Assembly: GCA_963747235.1 (NCBI GenBank)
Contig: CAVVEU010000013.1
Coordinates: 64,001 to 128,000 of the forward strand
DNA: 64,000 nt
Source of the DNA: an uncultured Candidatus Rokubacteria bacterium
GTDB taxonomy: Bacteria; Methylomirabilota; Methylomirabilia; Rokubacteriales; CSP1-6
Reading direction: 5' to 3'
The position numbers and the translations under genes were made by a program. Positions 11,582 to 22,301 of the stretch are shown piece after piece; position 1 is the stretch's first letter, and each line of letters begins with the position of its first letter. The notes below the pieces were generated by a model that worked only from the letters and a program-made list of their open reading frames with translations, was not told the DNA's origin and ran no database searches.

Positions 11582-12012
11582 CAGGTCGGGTCGCCCGGCC
11601 GGGCCCGAAGCCCGCGCGCGACGAGCTTGCAGAACGTCTCCGGGGTAAAGAGTCGCGGGATGTCCCCCGCCCGCATCGGCGAGTGGAAGCGGTCGGCGGG
11701 GACCTCGCTGAGATACTCCCGCAGACGCTTCAGACCGACCTCGGTCAGGTAGCCCTTCTCCTCGAACACCGCCTCCGGGAGGTCTCCCCGCGCGTCCTCC
11801 ACGATCTTGCCGCGCGGGATCTTCACCTTGAAGGTCCGCTCGAGGCCGAAGATGATGTCGAGGAAATCGATCGATTCCGCGTTCAGGTCTTCGATCAGAG
11901 ACACGCTGAGCCCGACCTCCTCCGCCTCGCAGCCGAGCGCCTCCGCCATGATCTGGGCCACCTTCGGGTACACCGCCAGGATCTCTTCCCGCGTGATCTC
12001 CGCTGTCGTCAT
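11581..12012 (-). CDS. Long (143 aa) acyl carrier protein
   Basis: Acidic helical protein with DLNAESIDFLDI (Ppant Ser) and an insertion before LFTPETF. Confidence 0.88.
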   Translation of the reverse strand: MTTAEITREEILAVYPKVAQIMAEALGCEAEEVGLSVSLIEDLNAESIDFLDIIFGLERTFKVKIPRGKIVEDARGDLPEAVFEEKGYLTEVGLKRLREYLSEVPADRFHSPMRAGDIPRLFTPETFCKLVARGLRARPGDPT

Positions 12013-12021
12013 GTTGTCCTT

Positions 12022-12781
12022 TCATTCCATCTTGAAGCCGCCATCGACGTGGATGACCTCGCCGGTGATGTACTCGGCAAACCGGGAGGCGAGAAACCAG
12101 ACGGCATACGCGACCTCCACCGCCGTGCCGAACCGCCGGAGCAGGATGCGCGACGCGACCTCCTCGCCGGCGCCGTCGCGGATGGCCCGCGACATGTCGG
12201 TCTCGATGACTCCCGGGGCCACCGCGTTGACCGTGATCCGGCGCGGGGCCAGCTCGACGGCGAGGGCGCGGGTGAAGGCGTTGATCGCCCCCTTGCTGGC
12301 CGCGTAGTTCGTCTGCCCGCGCCCGCCCTTCTCGCCGGCCACCGAGCTGATGTTGATGATCTTGCCCGCGCGGCGGGCGATCATGTGCGGGACCACCGCG
12401 CGCGTCACGTTGAAGACGCCGCCGACATTGGTCTCGAGCACCGTCCGCACGTCGTCCTCACCGAGGAACCCCAGCAGGCCGTCGCGGACCACCCCCGCGT
12501 CGTTGACCAGCACGTCGATGCGCCCGCACCGCTCCGCGACCCGCTCCACCGCCAGGGCGCAGGCCTGGGCGTCGCGGACGTCCACCTGCTCGGCCGTGAT
12601 CGGCCGCCCGGTGGTCTGGCCGGTCGCGACCACCTCGGCGGCGGCCGCGGTGTTTTCGCGGAAGAGAAACGACACGTCCGCTCCCTCGGCGGCAGAGCAT
12701 CTCGACGATGGCCCGACCGATGCCACGGCTGCCGCCCGTCACGATGACCGCCTTGCCGGCCAGCCCGGAGTCCGTCAGCAT
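12022..12781 (-). CDS. fabG: 3-oxoacyl-ACP reductase (FabG-like SDR), frameshifted
   Basis: VTGGSRGIG, LVNDAG, NISS..GQTNYAASK, VNAVAPGVIETDM. Confidence 0.85.
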
Positions 12782-12788
12782 GCCCGAC

Positions 12789-13557
12789 TCAGCCCGCGAT
12801 GGAGAAGCCGCCGTCCACGACCAGCGTGTGGCCGGTGACCATGGCGGCCTCCGGCAGGCAGAGAAGGTAGACTGCCCCCGCGACGTCTTCCGACGGTGAG
12901 CGCTTTCCCGGCCGGCGCACGCTCCGCGAACGCGGACAGCAGGGCTTCCCGGTTGGGGAAGGAGCGCAGCGCGTCGGTGTCCACGACCCCCGCGCTCACC
13001 GCGTTCACCCGGATCCCTCGCGGTCCGAGCTCCTGCGCCAGGGTGCGCACCAGGGACTCGAGCGCGGCCTTGGACGCCCCGACGAAACCGTAGCCGGGAA
13101 TGGCGCGGTCGGCGCCCAGGCTCGAAAGGGCGACGATGCGGCCGCCCGCGGGCATGAGCGGGACGGCCCGCTGGGCCAGCAGCGCCAGTGCGAGGGCATT
13201 GGTCTCGAGGCACCAGCGCCAGTGCTTGAGCGACATCTCGAGCGCGGGCTTGAGCACGCCGGAGGCCGCGTTGCTCACGAGGATGTCGAGGTGGTCGAAG
13301 TTCTTGCGAAGCTCGGCGAAGAGCTCCGCCACGCTCTCCGGATTTCCGACGTTGGCCTGGATGGCGCAGGCCCGGCGGCCCGCGGCCCGGACCGCCGCGC
13401 AGACGGCCGCCGCCTCGTCGTGGCTGTTGTAGTAGTTGACGGCCACGTCGCAGCCCGCCGCGGCCAGCTTCAGCGCGATGGCGCGCCCGATGCCCCGGGT
13501 TGCCCCGGTGACCAGTGCGATCCTTCCGCCCAGGGGGGCCGGTCCCTGGGCGCTCAC
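12789..13557 (-). CDS. Enoyl-ACP reductase, FabL-like SDR (frameshift near 3' end)
   Basis: VTGATRGIG, VSNAASGVLKPALE..HWRWCLETNA, Y-x6-K (YGFVGASK), typical of FabL. Confidence 0.8.
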
Positions 13558-14696
13558 GCGGCTTCCTCCCATCCGGTCGTCTTGATGCCGACGACGAAGA
13601 CCACCGCCGCGAACGCTCCGATCATCGCGGCGTCCCGCAGCGCCGCGCCGTGGTCGACGAGGACCATGGCGGCCCGGAGACCCTGGTTGACGTAGTAGAG
13701 CGGCAGGATCCTCGCGATGGTCTGCAGGAAGTCCGGCATCAGCTCGAGGGGGAAGAAGCTGCCCGAGAGGAACATCATCGGGAACATGATGAAGTTGGCC
13801 GCCGCCGCCGCGCTCTCCGCCTCGTGCGCGACGCGGGTGAGTATCATCCCGATTCCGCCGAACGCGAAGACCTCGAGCCCGATGAACACGAAGAGCCAAC
13901 CGTCTACCTTCAGTCGAACGCTGAACACGGCGTAGCTGACCGCCAGGATCGCCATCGTGGATATGACGGCGAGAATGAACTGGTACAGGATGTTCGACAG
14001 GATCCAGTCGGTACGGGTGATGGGCGTGGTGGATAGCTTCCGGATGACGCCCGTCTGCCGGAGCTCTGCGTTCATGGTGACCGCGCCGGACAAACTCGAC
14101 GTCATCACCGACATCGCGATGATGCCCGGGACGAAGAACTCGATGAACCGATAAGCCTTCGTGAGGGTGGATGTCTCGGTCGCCCTGATGAACGGTGGCT
14201 GCCCGGACATCCCCTGGTTCACCATCGCGAACCCGGCCTTGAGGATCTGGATCTTGGTGGATGTCGAGCTTGCGCTTGCGTCGTAGATGTACGTGAGCGT
14301 CACCGACGCGTTCGGGTCGCGGAATGCCGCATTCGGGATCCCGCCGAGCAACCCGAGCCTCCGCGCGAGCGCCCTCTCGTAGCCCTTGGGAATCACGAGG
14401 ACGAGGTCCACCTTGTTGCCCTTGGCGTACTGCATGGCGTCGATGGCCGGGTCGACGGCGGTGATCCTGATCTTCCCTTCGAATTCGAGGCCCTTGACGA
14501 GCTGTTCGGATGAATGCGTCTGGTCGAGGTCCTGCACGTGAAGACCGAAGCTCACATTGTCCTGATTCAGGAAAATCGTACCGAAGACGAGGATCAGGAT
14601 GATCGGGAACGCGATCGTGAAGAACATCGTCGACTTCTCGCGGGAGAATGTCTTGATGCTCACGACGAGATTTGCCCCGATGATGCCCGGACTCAT
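13554..14696 (-). CDS. ABC-2 type exporter permease
   Basis: N-terminal TM, extracytoplasmic loop, FFVPGIIAMS..KLSTTP..MFLSGSFFPLELMP. Confidence 0.9.
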   Translation of the reverse strand: MSPGIIGANLVVSIKTFSREKSTMFFTIAFPIILILVFGTIFLNQDNVSFGLHVQDLDQTHSSEQLVKGLEFEGKIRITAVDPAIDAMQYAKGNKVDLVLVIPKGYERALARRLGLLGGIPNAAFRDPNASVTLTYIYDASASSTSTKIQILKAGFAMVNQGMSGQPPFIRATETSTLTKAYRFIEFFVPGIIAMSVMTSSLSGAVTMNAELRQTGVIRKLSTTPITRTDWILSNILYQFILAVISTMAILAVSYAVFSVRLKVDGWLFVFIGLEVFAFGGIGMILTRVAHEAESAAAAANFIMFPMMFLSGSFFPLELMPDFLQTIARILPLYYVNQGLRAAMVLVDHGAALRDAAMIGAFAAVVFVVGIKTTGWEEAA

Positions 14697-15638
14697 CCCG
14701 GCACCTCCTCGACCGGACCTTCCCGGAGCGCCTCGCCGGTGAGCTTCAGGAAGACCGCTTCGAGGTTGGGCTTGCGAACGTCCACGCCGAGGGATGAGGC
14801 CCCCGCCTCCTTCAGGGCGCTCAGGATCCTCTGGATGTCGTCCGGATGCTCCACCCTGACCTTGATGCTCTCTTGATTGTCCCGGACCGGGTCGAAGCCC
14901 ATCCTATGGATGATCTCGAAGGGGGCCGCATCGATGGCCTTGAGCGTGAGAACCAGGTAGTTCGCGTTTCGTTCTATGAGCTCGTCGGAAGAGCCCATCG
15001 CGACGATCTTCCCATTCGAGATGATTGCGACCGTGTCGGCAAGAAGCTCGGCTTCCTCCATGTAGTGCGTGGTGAGGAACACCGTCTTCCCGTGCCTCTT
15101 CAGGCTCAGCAGGACTCGCCACACCTCGCGCCTTGCCCGCGGGTCGAGCCCGGTCGTCGGCTCGTCGAGGAACACGACCTCGGGGTCGTTCACGAGTGCG
15201 ATGGCGATTCCGAGCCGCTGCTTCAGGCCCCCGGAGTAGGTTCTTGAACTGTTCGTCGCGCTTGTCGTTGAGATTCGCGAGCTCTATCAGCCTGTCGGCA
15301 TCGGTATTCCGACAGCCAAAAAGCCGTGCGTAGTACTGGATGGTCTCCCGGACCGTGATCCGGTCGAACGAGCTGAACCCCTGCGTGAGGACGCCGATGC
15401 GGGGAAGGATGTCACGCTTCCGCGTCGCGACATCCATCCCGAGCAGGCGCACGTTCCCCGACGTGGGCGTGCGGATTGTCTCGATGATTTCGACGGTTGT
15501 CGTCTTGCCGGCGCCGTTCGGGCCGAGGAACGCGAATACTTCGCCGGTTCTGACATGGAACGATATGTCGTTGACCGCCAGTAGATCTCCGTAGCGTTTC
15601 GTCAGTCTCTCGACCTCGATCGCGTGTTGGAGCGCCAC
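14693..15638 (-). CDS. ABC-2 exporter ATP-binding protein (frameshifted)
   Basis: Walker A GPNGAGKTT; Walker B VFLDEPTTGLD; H-loop TTHYMEEA. Confidence 0.9.
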
Positions 15639-16909
15639 TATGGGGCTCGGCCCACGACCACGCAGGCGTTGAGTCCGCCGAAGCCGAACGAATTCGACAT
15701 CGCGACCTCGATGTCGTACGGGCGCGCCAGATGGGGCACGAAGTCCAGGCCAAATCCGGGCTCCGGTTCGTCGAGGTTGATCGTCGGGTGCAGGTAACCA
15801 TCGTGCATCTGCACGAGGAGAGCCACCAGCTCGACCAGACCCGCCGCGGTCAGACAATGCCCGAGCATGGACTTGGTCGCGTTGATCGGGATGCGGTAGG
15901 CATGATCGCCGAAGACCTGCTTGATCGCCTCGACCTCGGCGGCATCCGCGAGGACCGTCGAGGTTCCGTGGGCATTGATGTAGTTGACCTGCTCGGGTGT
16001 GACGCCCGCATCGCACAGAGCGGCGCGCATGATCCGTACCTGGCCTTCGACGACCGGCTTGGGCAGCCGCGTCGCATCACAGGTCGACACGCCGCCCAGC
16101 AGCTCAGCGTGGATCCGGGCGTCGCGCGCCCGCGCGCCCGCGAGGGTCTCGAGGATGACCGCGCCGGCGCCCTCGCCGGGCACGAATCCCTGGCGCCGGG
16201 CGTCGAAGGGCCGGCTGGCCTGGGTCGGGGCGTCGGCGAAAGACTGCCACACGAGCGCATTCATCAGCGCCCAACCCTGCAGCGTGACCGGGTCCAGCTC
16301 CTGGGTGGCGGCCGAGACCACCACCGCGTCCGCGCGGCCCGCGCGCAGGAGGTCGACCGCGCAGAGGAGTGCCGCGTTGCCGCTCGCGCAGGCATTGCCC
16401 ACCATGTAGTTGGGGCCCTTGATGGTCAGCATCTCCCCGAGCTTACCAAGCACGTCGGTGTCCCAGAACACCATCCCCAGGCGGGGATCGATGGAGTCGG
16501 GGTCCTGGTCGAAGGCGCGGACGTTCTGCACAAAGTAGTTGTTGTTGAGATTGTTGCCGCCGGCCACGTGCCCGAGCCGCTCGGGGTCGAGCCCGGTCGC
16601 GTGCAGCCCGGCATCGATATAGGCCTGCAGGGCCGCGGCGCCAGCCAGCCGCCCCGTCAGAGGCGTCGCGCGCAGGACCTTGCGTGCGCGTGTGATCATC
16701 TCAGGGGGATAGCCCGCCCCGACGCGCTCGAAGTGCTCGCCCAGGTCGAACTCACACATGTCGCCGCCGATCTTGGACAGAGTGCGTTCGTCCATGTGCT
16801 TCCAGCGGGTGATTCCGGAACGTCCCGCCCGAAGGGAGGCGCTGAGCTCGGCAGGGGTCTCCCCGATCGGGGTCACGACACCCGTACCTGTCATGACCAC
16901 GCGTCGCAT
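15638..16909 (-). CDS. Beta-ketoacyl-ACP synthase (FabF-like)
   Basis: Intact ORF: RRVVMTG, NACASG, NAHGTST, KSMLGH, SNSFGFGG. Confidence 0.93.
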   Translation of the reverse strand: MRRVVMTGTGVVTPIGETPAELSASLRAGRSGITRWKHMDERTLSKIGGDMCEFDLGEHFERVGAGYPPEMITRARKVLRATPLTGRLAGAAALQAYIDAGLHATGLDPERLGHVAGGNNLNNNYFVQNVRAFDQDPDSIDPRLGMVFWDTDVLGKLGEMLTIKGPNYMVGNACASGNAALLCAVDLLRAGRADAVVVSAATQELDPVTLQGWALMNALVWQSFADAPTQASRPFDARRQGFVPGEGAGAVILETLAGARARDARIHAELLGGVSTCDATRLPKPVVEGQVRIMRAALCDAGVTPEQVNYINAHGTSTVLADAAEVEAIKQVFGDHAYRIPINATKSMLGHCLTAAGLVELVALLVQMHDGYLHPTINLDEPEPGFGLDFVPHLARPYDIEVAMSNSFGFGGLNACVVVGRAP

Positions 16910-16944
16910 GTCATCGCCCCGACCGTTGGCGCTCATGTCAAAGT

Positions 16945-18000
16945 TCACTCTCTATCACCTCGCCGCATCGGCTGGCAACCTGTATCTGCCGGAGCGCGCA
17001 TCGCCGGCGCCCAATCTAGAGCGCAGCCGCGTCGAGAAGCCGGGCGGCAGACCTGTCCGATTCGGAAGGCCGCCGAGCCGTTCTGAACTGGCATCAGCCG
17101 GCGCAGCTCGTCCAGGTCGAAGTCCGAGTAGGTCTCCTTGCCCAGGGCAAGGCCCACGAAGGCCGTCGACGAGAATCGAGTGACCAGGACATCGCAGTTC
17201 GCGATCATCTCTTCCGCGCTGCCAGTCGTGAACACCATGGCGCCCGGCGCGTGCCGGGAGATCTCTCGGGTGGCGCGCTCGATATTCTCGTTCGGGTGAA
17301 GCTTGAAGATGAGGCGCCGGTGGCCGGCGAGCTCGACCGCTCTCCGGATGAAGGCCTTGCGATCCTCGCGCCGGAAGATCTCCCTCAGCGGCGACGTGCA
17401 CGCCCAGCACATACTGTCGATAAGGGAAGTCGTTGCGGTAGTATCGACGGCAGTCGTCGAAATTGGGTATGCCCGTCACGACGATCTTCTCGGGGCGCAC
17501 GCCTTTTCTGATGAAGAGATCGCGATATCCTTCGCTCGCGACGCAGAAGGCCCGGTACGCGTCGCTGAGGCCCGGTCGTCGACGTTCCCGCCAGCCAGAG
17601 AGGAAGGAACCGGAGGCGCTTGACGAGATGAACACGCTGGATTCCGGGTAGTGATGCCCTCTTGAACCGGCGCCGATCCGGGTGTCACGGATGCTTCGGA
17701 AGGAACAGGTCCGGCGGGTGACCACCAGGTGGTAGGGCCGCTTCTTCGCCCTGGTAATCGAATGGGAGGTCCATGATCCCGCGGATCGCCCGGCAGCGTC
17801 CCGCCACTTGCTCGCACGATCGTGGAGTTCGATGATACCCAGCTTGCGGAAGGATCTCGGTCGGCATCGTCGTGTTCTGCGGCGAGAAGGATTGTTCGTT
17901 GCTCGGACAGGTCCTTCGGAGTGTTCGTGCATCTGGGTTGTCGGTTCATCAAGCCGCCGAAATCGACCGAGTTTCGTCTTCTCGCGACGCCACCCATTGT
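16945..18000 (-). CDS. GT-B fold protein (glycosyltransferase / UDP-GlcNAc 2-epimerase-like), heavily frameshifted
   Basis: FCVASEGYRDLFIRKGVRPEKIVVTGIPNFD; IFKLHPNE; MIANCDVLVTRFSSTAFVGLALGK. Boundaries approximate. Confidence 0.6.
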
Positions 18001-18011
18001 CTGGATCCACT

Positions 18012-18979
18012 TCACGTCGCTGTTGCTGCCCTTCCTCGACCCGACCCGCGGGACGATCCCGGGCTACCTATACGCTTTGCCCGTCTCGGCGGGCCATCTG
18101 CGACAGCGTGCCGGACCTTCCCCTCGCGGGGAGTCGGCCCGTCGCTCCAGTGAGCCGCGCACGGTATCCGCGCATGGGGCCGGGCGAGGAGAGTCGGCAC
18201 GCGGATCCGCGACGGTGTTCGGTGTATTTCCCAGGGCCTCGCCCCAGGCCATCCGCCACCTGCTCCCAGGTCGAGGCCCTCGCTGGCCGCGTGGAAGATC
18301 TGGCCGGAGGGAACCTACACCTCGCCGCGGTCGAGCGCGATCAGCAGATCCTGCGACGTAGCAGAGGCTGGTCCGCGACGGGCCGGCGGCATTCAAAGAC
18401 CTCGTCGCGCCGCGGCGACCGCTGGGCGCCAGCGATTGCTCGCGGACCGTACACGGAGGACAGAGACGAGCACGGTCAGCGTGCACGCGAATCCCGTTGC
18501 CCGAGGACGCTGCTTCACCCTGCGGCTTGCTTCCTCCCCGTAGGGGAGACCCGGGCGGGGCGGAACATCCTCGGCACACGCCGTAGCCCTCGACCTGGGC
18601 CCCGCCGCAGCGAGGCTGCTCGGGTGGACGAGGCGGCGTGCGACCCCAGTTTCCAGGCGCCGCGTCGCCCAGATGTCACCCCCTCAGCATTGACGCGGAG
18701 AGCCCCGTGTCCCGCGGCCGCGTCGACCCCGGCCACATGGTCGACCTGGTCGACTCCACGCATGCCCTGCAGGAGGGATGCGGGCTTTCATCCATGTTCC
18801 CTGGACGAGATCATCGCCGACGAAAGCCCCGGGATCCAGCCGAGGCCCGGTGTCCCTGACGGGACAGCGACATGGCCCTGGGCGAGTTGAGCGCCCTCCA
18901 CGAGGATCGCCCCGATGAATCCAGTACCGCCGGTCACCAGAGGCCCCCGGCGCCGCTCCTCTCGGAAGTGGCTTCTCAT
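18012..18979 (-). CDS. NAD-dependent epimerase/dehydratase (extended SDR), heavily frameshifted
   Basis: LVTGGTGFIG Rossmann motif, then GVDQVDHVAG..RVNAEG and P.SPYG.SK fragments across frames. Confidence 0.6.
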
Positions 18980-20099
18980 AAATCCTATAGGTTTTTGATC
19001 TCCGGGCACCCATCTTCGTCAGCAGGGAATTGGCCGCCGTGTTGCTTTCGAGAATCCAGGACAGCTCACACTTCCGGTAGTTCTGGTTTCGCTTCGCGGC
19101 ATCGTATGTACGACAGCACAAGACGGCCTCGATGCCTCTCATGCGGTGCTTTTTCAAGACGCCCAAGACGGGCATGCGCCAGGAGTTGATCTTCCGCCGA
19201 TGCCAGAGCAACTTCAGCAAACCCAAAGGGAACAAACGGCCGCCCGCCTTCTTCAGGGCCTGGTTCATATCGGGAAGCACCAGAGACATACCGGCCGGCT
19301 CGCCGTCGTACTCGGCGATGAAGGACAGATCCCTGTCAAAAATCAATTTGAACTCACCGACAATATGATCGAACTCTTCTTCCGTCAGCGGCACGGCGCC
19401 CCAGTTCTCGGACCAGGCCTCCGTGTAGATCTTCTTGATCCTGTCCCTTTCATTCTTGAAATCTCTCACATCCATCGTACGGACGACGAGTTTGGGGTCC
19501 TCAAGCACAAAGCCGGCAATGTCGCGCAACCTCTTCGGGAAACCCTCGCTCTCGAACATTGCATAGGCGTACAGGTCCTGGATCTTCCGCAAGCCGTATC
19601 CTTCGATCAGGCCGGCATAGTACGGGGGATTATAGGTCATCCGGATGAATGGCGGCTCGTCGAAGGGATCGATGAGCAATCCGACTTCATGATTCACGGA
19701 AAAGCTCATGGGCCCCCTCATCGTCTCGAGCCCGCGCCCCCTCAGCCAGCTCGCGGCTGCATCAAACAGCGCATTGGCAACCGGTTGGTCATTGACACAT
19801 TCGAAGAAGCCGAAGAATCCGGCGCCGTCTTTGTGGACCTGAGTGTGCTGTGTGTTCTCATGGGCTGAGATTCGTCCGACTGGCTCTTCGCCCCGAAACG
19901 CCATGAAGAGCTGCGCTTTCGAATGCGAAAGGTAGAGATTCTTTCCAGGGTGAGAATTGACGCTGGTCGAAGATCAGGGGTGGGACCCAGTTGGGATCAT
20001 CCTGGTAAATCGTCCAGGGGAACTCTTAATGAATTTCCCGAGCTGCCGTCTGTTCCCCAATTCAATAGGGTGTATCGAGACGGGGGGCGAGCCTGCCAT
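18960..20099 (-). CDS. GNAT N-acyltransferase of the YghO / bacterial ceramide synthase-like family (5' part frameshifted)
   Basis: GGAGGAG RBS before ATG 20099. GRISAHEN..GFFGFFEC..MRGPMSFS..GLLID..YNPPYY..AWSENWGAVP..PDMNQ..GRLFPLG..ELSWILESN..KTYRIY. Confidence 0.8.
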
Positions 20100-20149
20100 G
20101 CCTGCGCCTCCTCCGGATGACGTTATCACTCCCCGCGGGTCGTCTCGCG

Positions 20150-21081
20150 GGATGGGTCTCGGCCCTCGAAGGGCGGGAGCCCTCTGCGAGGTGTAGCGGA
20201 AGCCGGACGATCGACGACGTGGGGTCGTATCGATGCGATCGTCACTGTTCCAGGCCAGGTACCACTCCGTGACATCACTCCCGATTCCTAATTGGGCAAG
20301 CTGGCGCAGATCCGCTTCCAGAACGTCGGGCGTGCTGTACTCCAGTATGCGGTATTGGGGATCCGTCCAGACACGCCGCGTCCGACCCAAAATCTTCGTT
20401 TCCGGCGGCACGGTGAGGCGAATGCGGTGGATCAGGTTGATGCCCGCCAGCGCCGCTGTTTCTGTCACCATATCGGTGCAGTTGTTGCTCCTCAAGCCGA
20501 ACTGGTCGTACTTCCGCTGCATCACGTATTCATGGATCAATTGATGCCGTCGCCGGGTAATCGGCATTCGCCAGACGAACGTGGGGGGGCGATTGGGCTT
20601 GCCGATCTGGAATTGGCCATCGGACATCGTCTGCCACAGATAAGCGATAGGATTGGGATCCCCGTCCCGGATTCTCTGAAACACGCCGTCATGGTAACGC
20701 GGCTTCGTTTGCCCGAAGTCGCCGGTGTGGCCGAATTCCAGACGATCCTGGGGACTTTCCAGGATGAGCCAACTATGCGCCCACGGACGCTGCCAAATTG
20801 AGAAGAGAAGCGACGTCGTACTGCTGTAGTCCCAATTGGCAGCTTCGTTCAGGATATAGAGGTAATATCCCTCGTCCCCCACGGGCGTTCTGGTGGCGGG
20901 ATCCAGGTCGGCATCGGGGGCAAAACGGCACGCGATCGCGATGGGCTGAGCACTCCAGCCATCGGGTTGCATCGGAGCGTAGAGCCGGTGGGCACATCCA
21001 GCCGCAACCCCCGCCAGCAATATCATCACCACGAGGAGACACGCTCGATATATCCGTTCGGGTCACTGTCCGATGCATCAC
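20150..21081 (-). CDS. Lipoprotein with probable permuted papain-like (NlpC/P60-related) catalytic motifs; ends approximate
   Basis: Lipobox ILLAGVAAG-C; HSWLILE and YDQFGLRSNNCTD motifs. Confidence 0.55.
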
Positions 21082-22235
21082 GTGGTCTCGCTCTGCGGCA
21101 GTACAGCCGGGGCGGCGAGGGGGGGACGACGGGCCAGAACCCGATGTATCTGAGGACCTCCTGATCACCGCCGGTTGCTCGAAAAGAAAACGGTCATACA
21201 CGGCCGGCGGTGCTTGAATAAAATAAGGCTCGGGATAAACGTCGCACCCATATGCGCTTTGGTCTTTCTCCGCGCCCTGGCCCGCCTGGTAGACAGGGAT
21301 CTTTTTGCTCCACGCAGGTGCGGAGATTTTCAAGCCACGACAAAACATAAAGGTTGTATTTGCGGCCGAGCTCGTAATCCATGCAGAAATATTTATCCAC
21401 CATCGCTTCCTGTTTACGACGAGAAGGTTGAAAGCGGCGAGTTCTTCCTGCACAAAATAGAGCATGTACTCGGCGCCCGGGACTCTCTCACAGATTTTTT
21501 CAAGAAATAAACGGTTGTGCACGCCAAACGCCAGGGGACCTCGCTTCACGGTTTCCAGATAAAGCTTGTAGATCCTGTCCAGAAAAGGAGAAATATTGCG
21601 GCTTCGAACCACCCTGACTTCGTGGGAGACACGCATTTTGCGGCGCAGGTCCTTTCTCGCGGCCCTTGAAAGGCGGCTTAGGTATTCCTCCAGGCTGTTA
21701 AAAGTGATCGGCAGTCGGGCGCAAGGCAGACATGGCACCCGGTTGAACTGTTGAAGACTTCCCCGGGGAGTTTGCCGTGATGATTAAAGTTGTAGAACGC
21801 CACGATGTCGCTCTTACGTTCGGTCGCGAGCGTTTGCAAGGCGTCCAAGGCCATTTTCCATGCCGCCTCGAGGGTGCCTGGATCGAGGTGAGGATCGATC
21901 CCGATTTCACTCCATTCCCCGACCAACAACCCCACGCCTAGTACGCGAGGATGAAAAATTGAGGGGATGAGACGGACTGCCGCTTTCAGCGATTTCTTGA
22001 TCCATCCCTCCGCAAAAGTGGACAGATCAAAACGGCTTTCAAACAACGGCAACAAGAGAATAGGAACATCATCTTTTGACACCACGATACTCCGCAGGTT
22101 AAAACCGTCAATACCTGATTCCTGCAACAGAGAAAGAAGGGGGGCGGTGCTAGAAGGCTCCGGGAAAAGCCGCCGTAGTGCGGCCGACGGTACTCCGTCT
22201 AACCGCGGCAGGCATTGGCAGGTAAGGTTATTCAT
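21080..22235 (-). CDS. GNAT family protein (FemAB/Acetyltransf_6-like), frameshifted
   Basis: LPITFNSLEEYLSRLSRAARKDLRRK..IYKLYLET..LAAFNL..KYFCMDYELGRKYNLY. Confidence 0.7.
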
Positions 22236-22301
22236 GGCGTGTCGGTCGTGATCATCGACAAGGGTTCGCTTCGTCCCGTGCCGGGACTCCCGTGCTGGAC
22301 A

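Noticed and set aside
8162-16909. Ladderane or aryl-polyene cluster
   Set aside because: No radical-SAM, methyltransferase or aromatic starter genes in the window, and an enoyl reductase is present.
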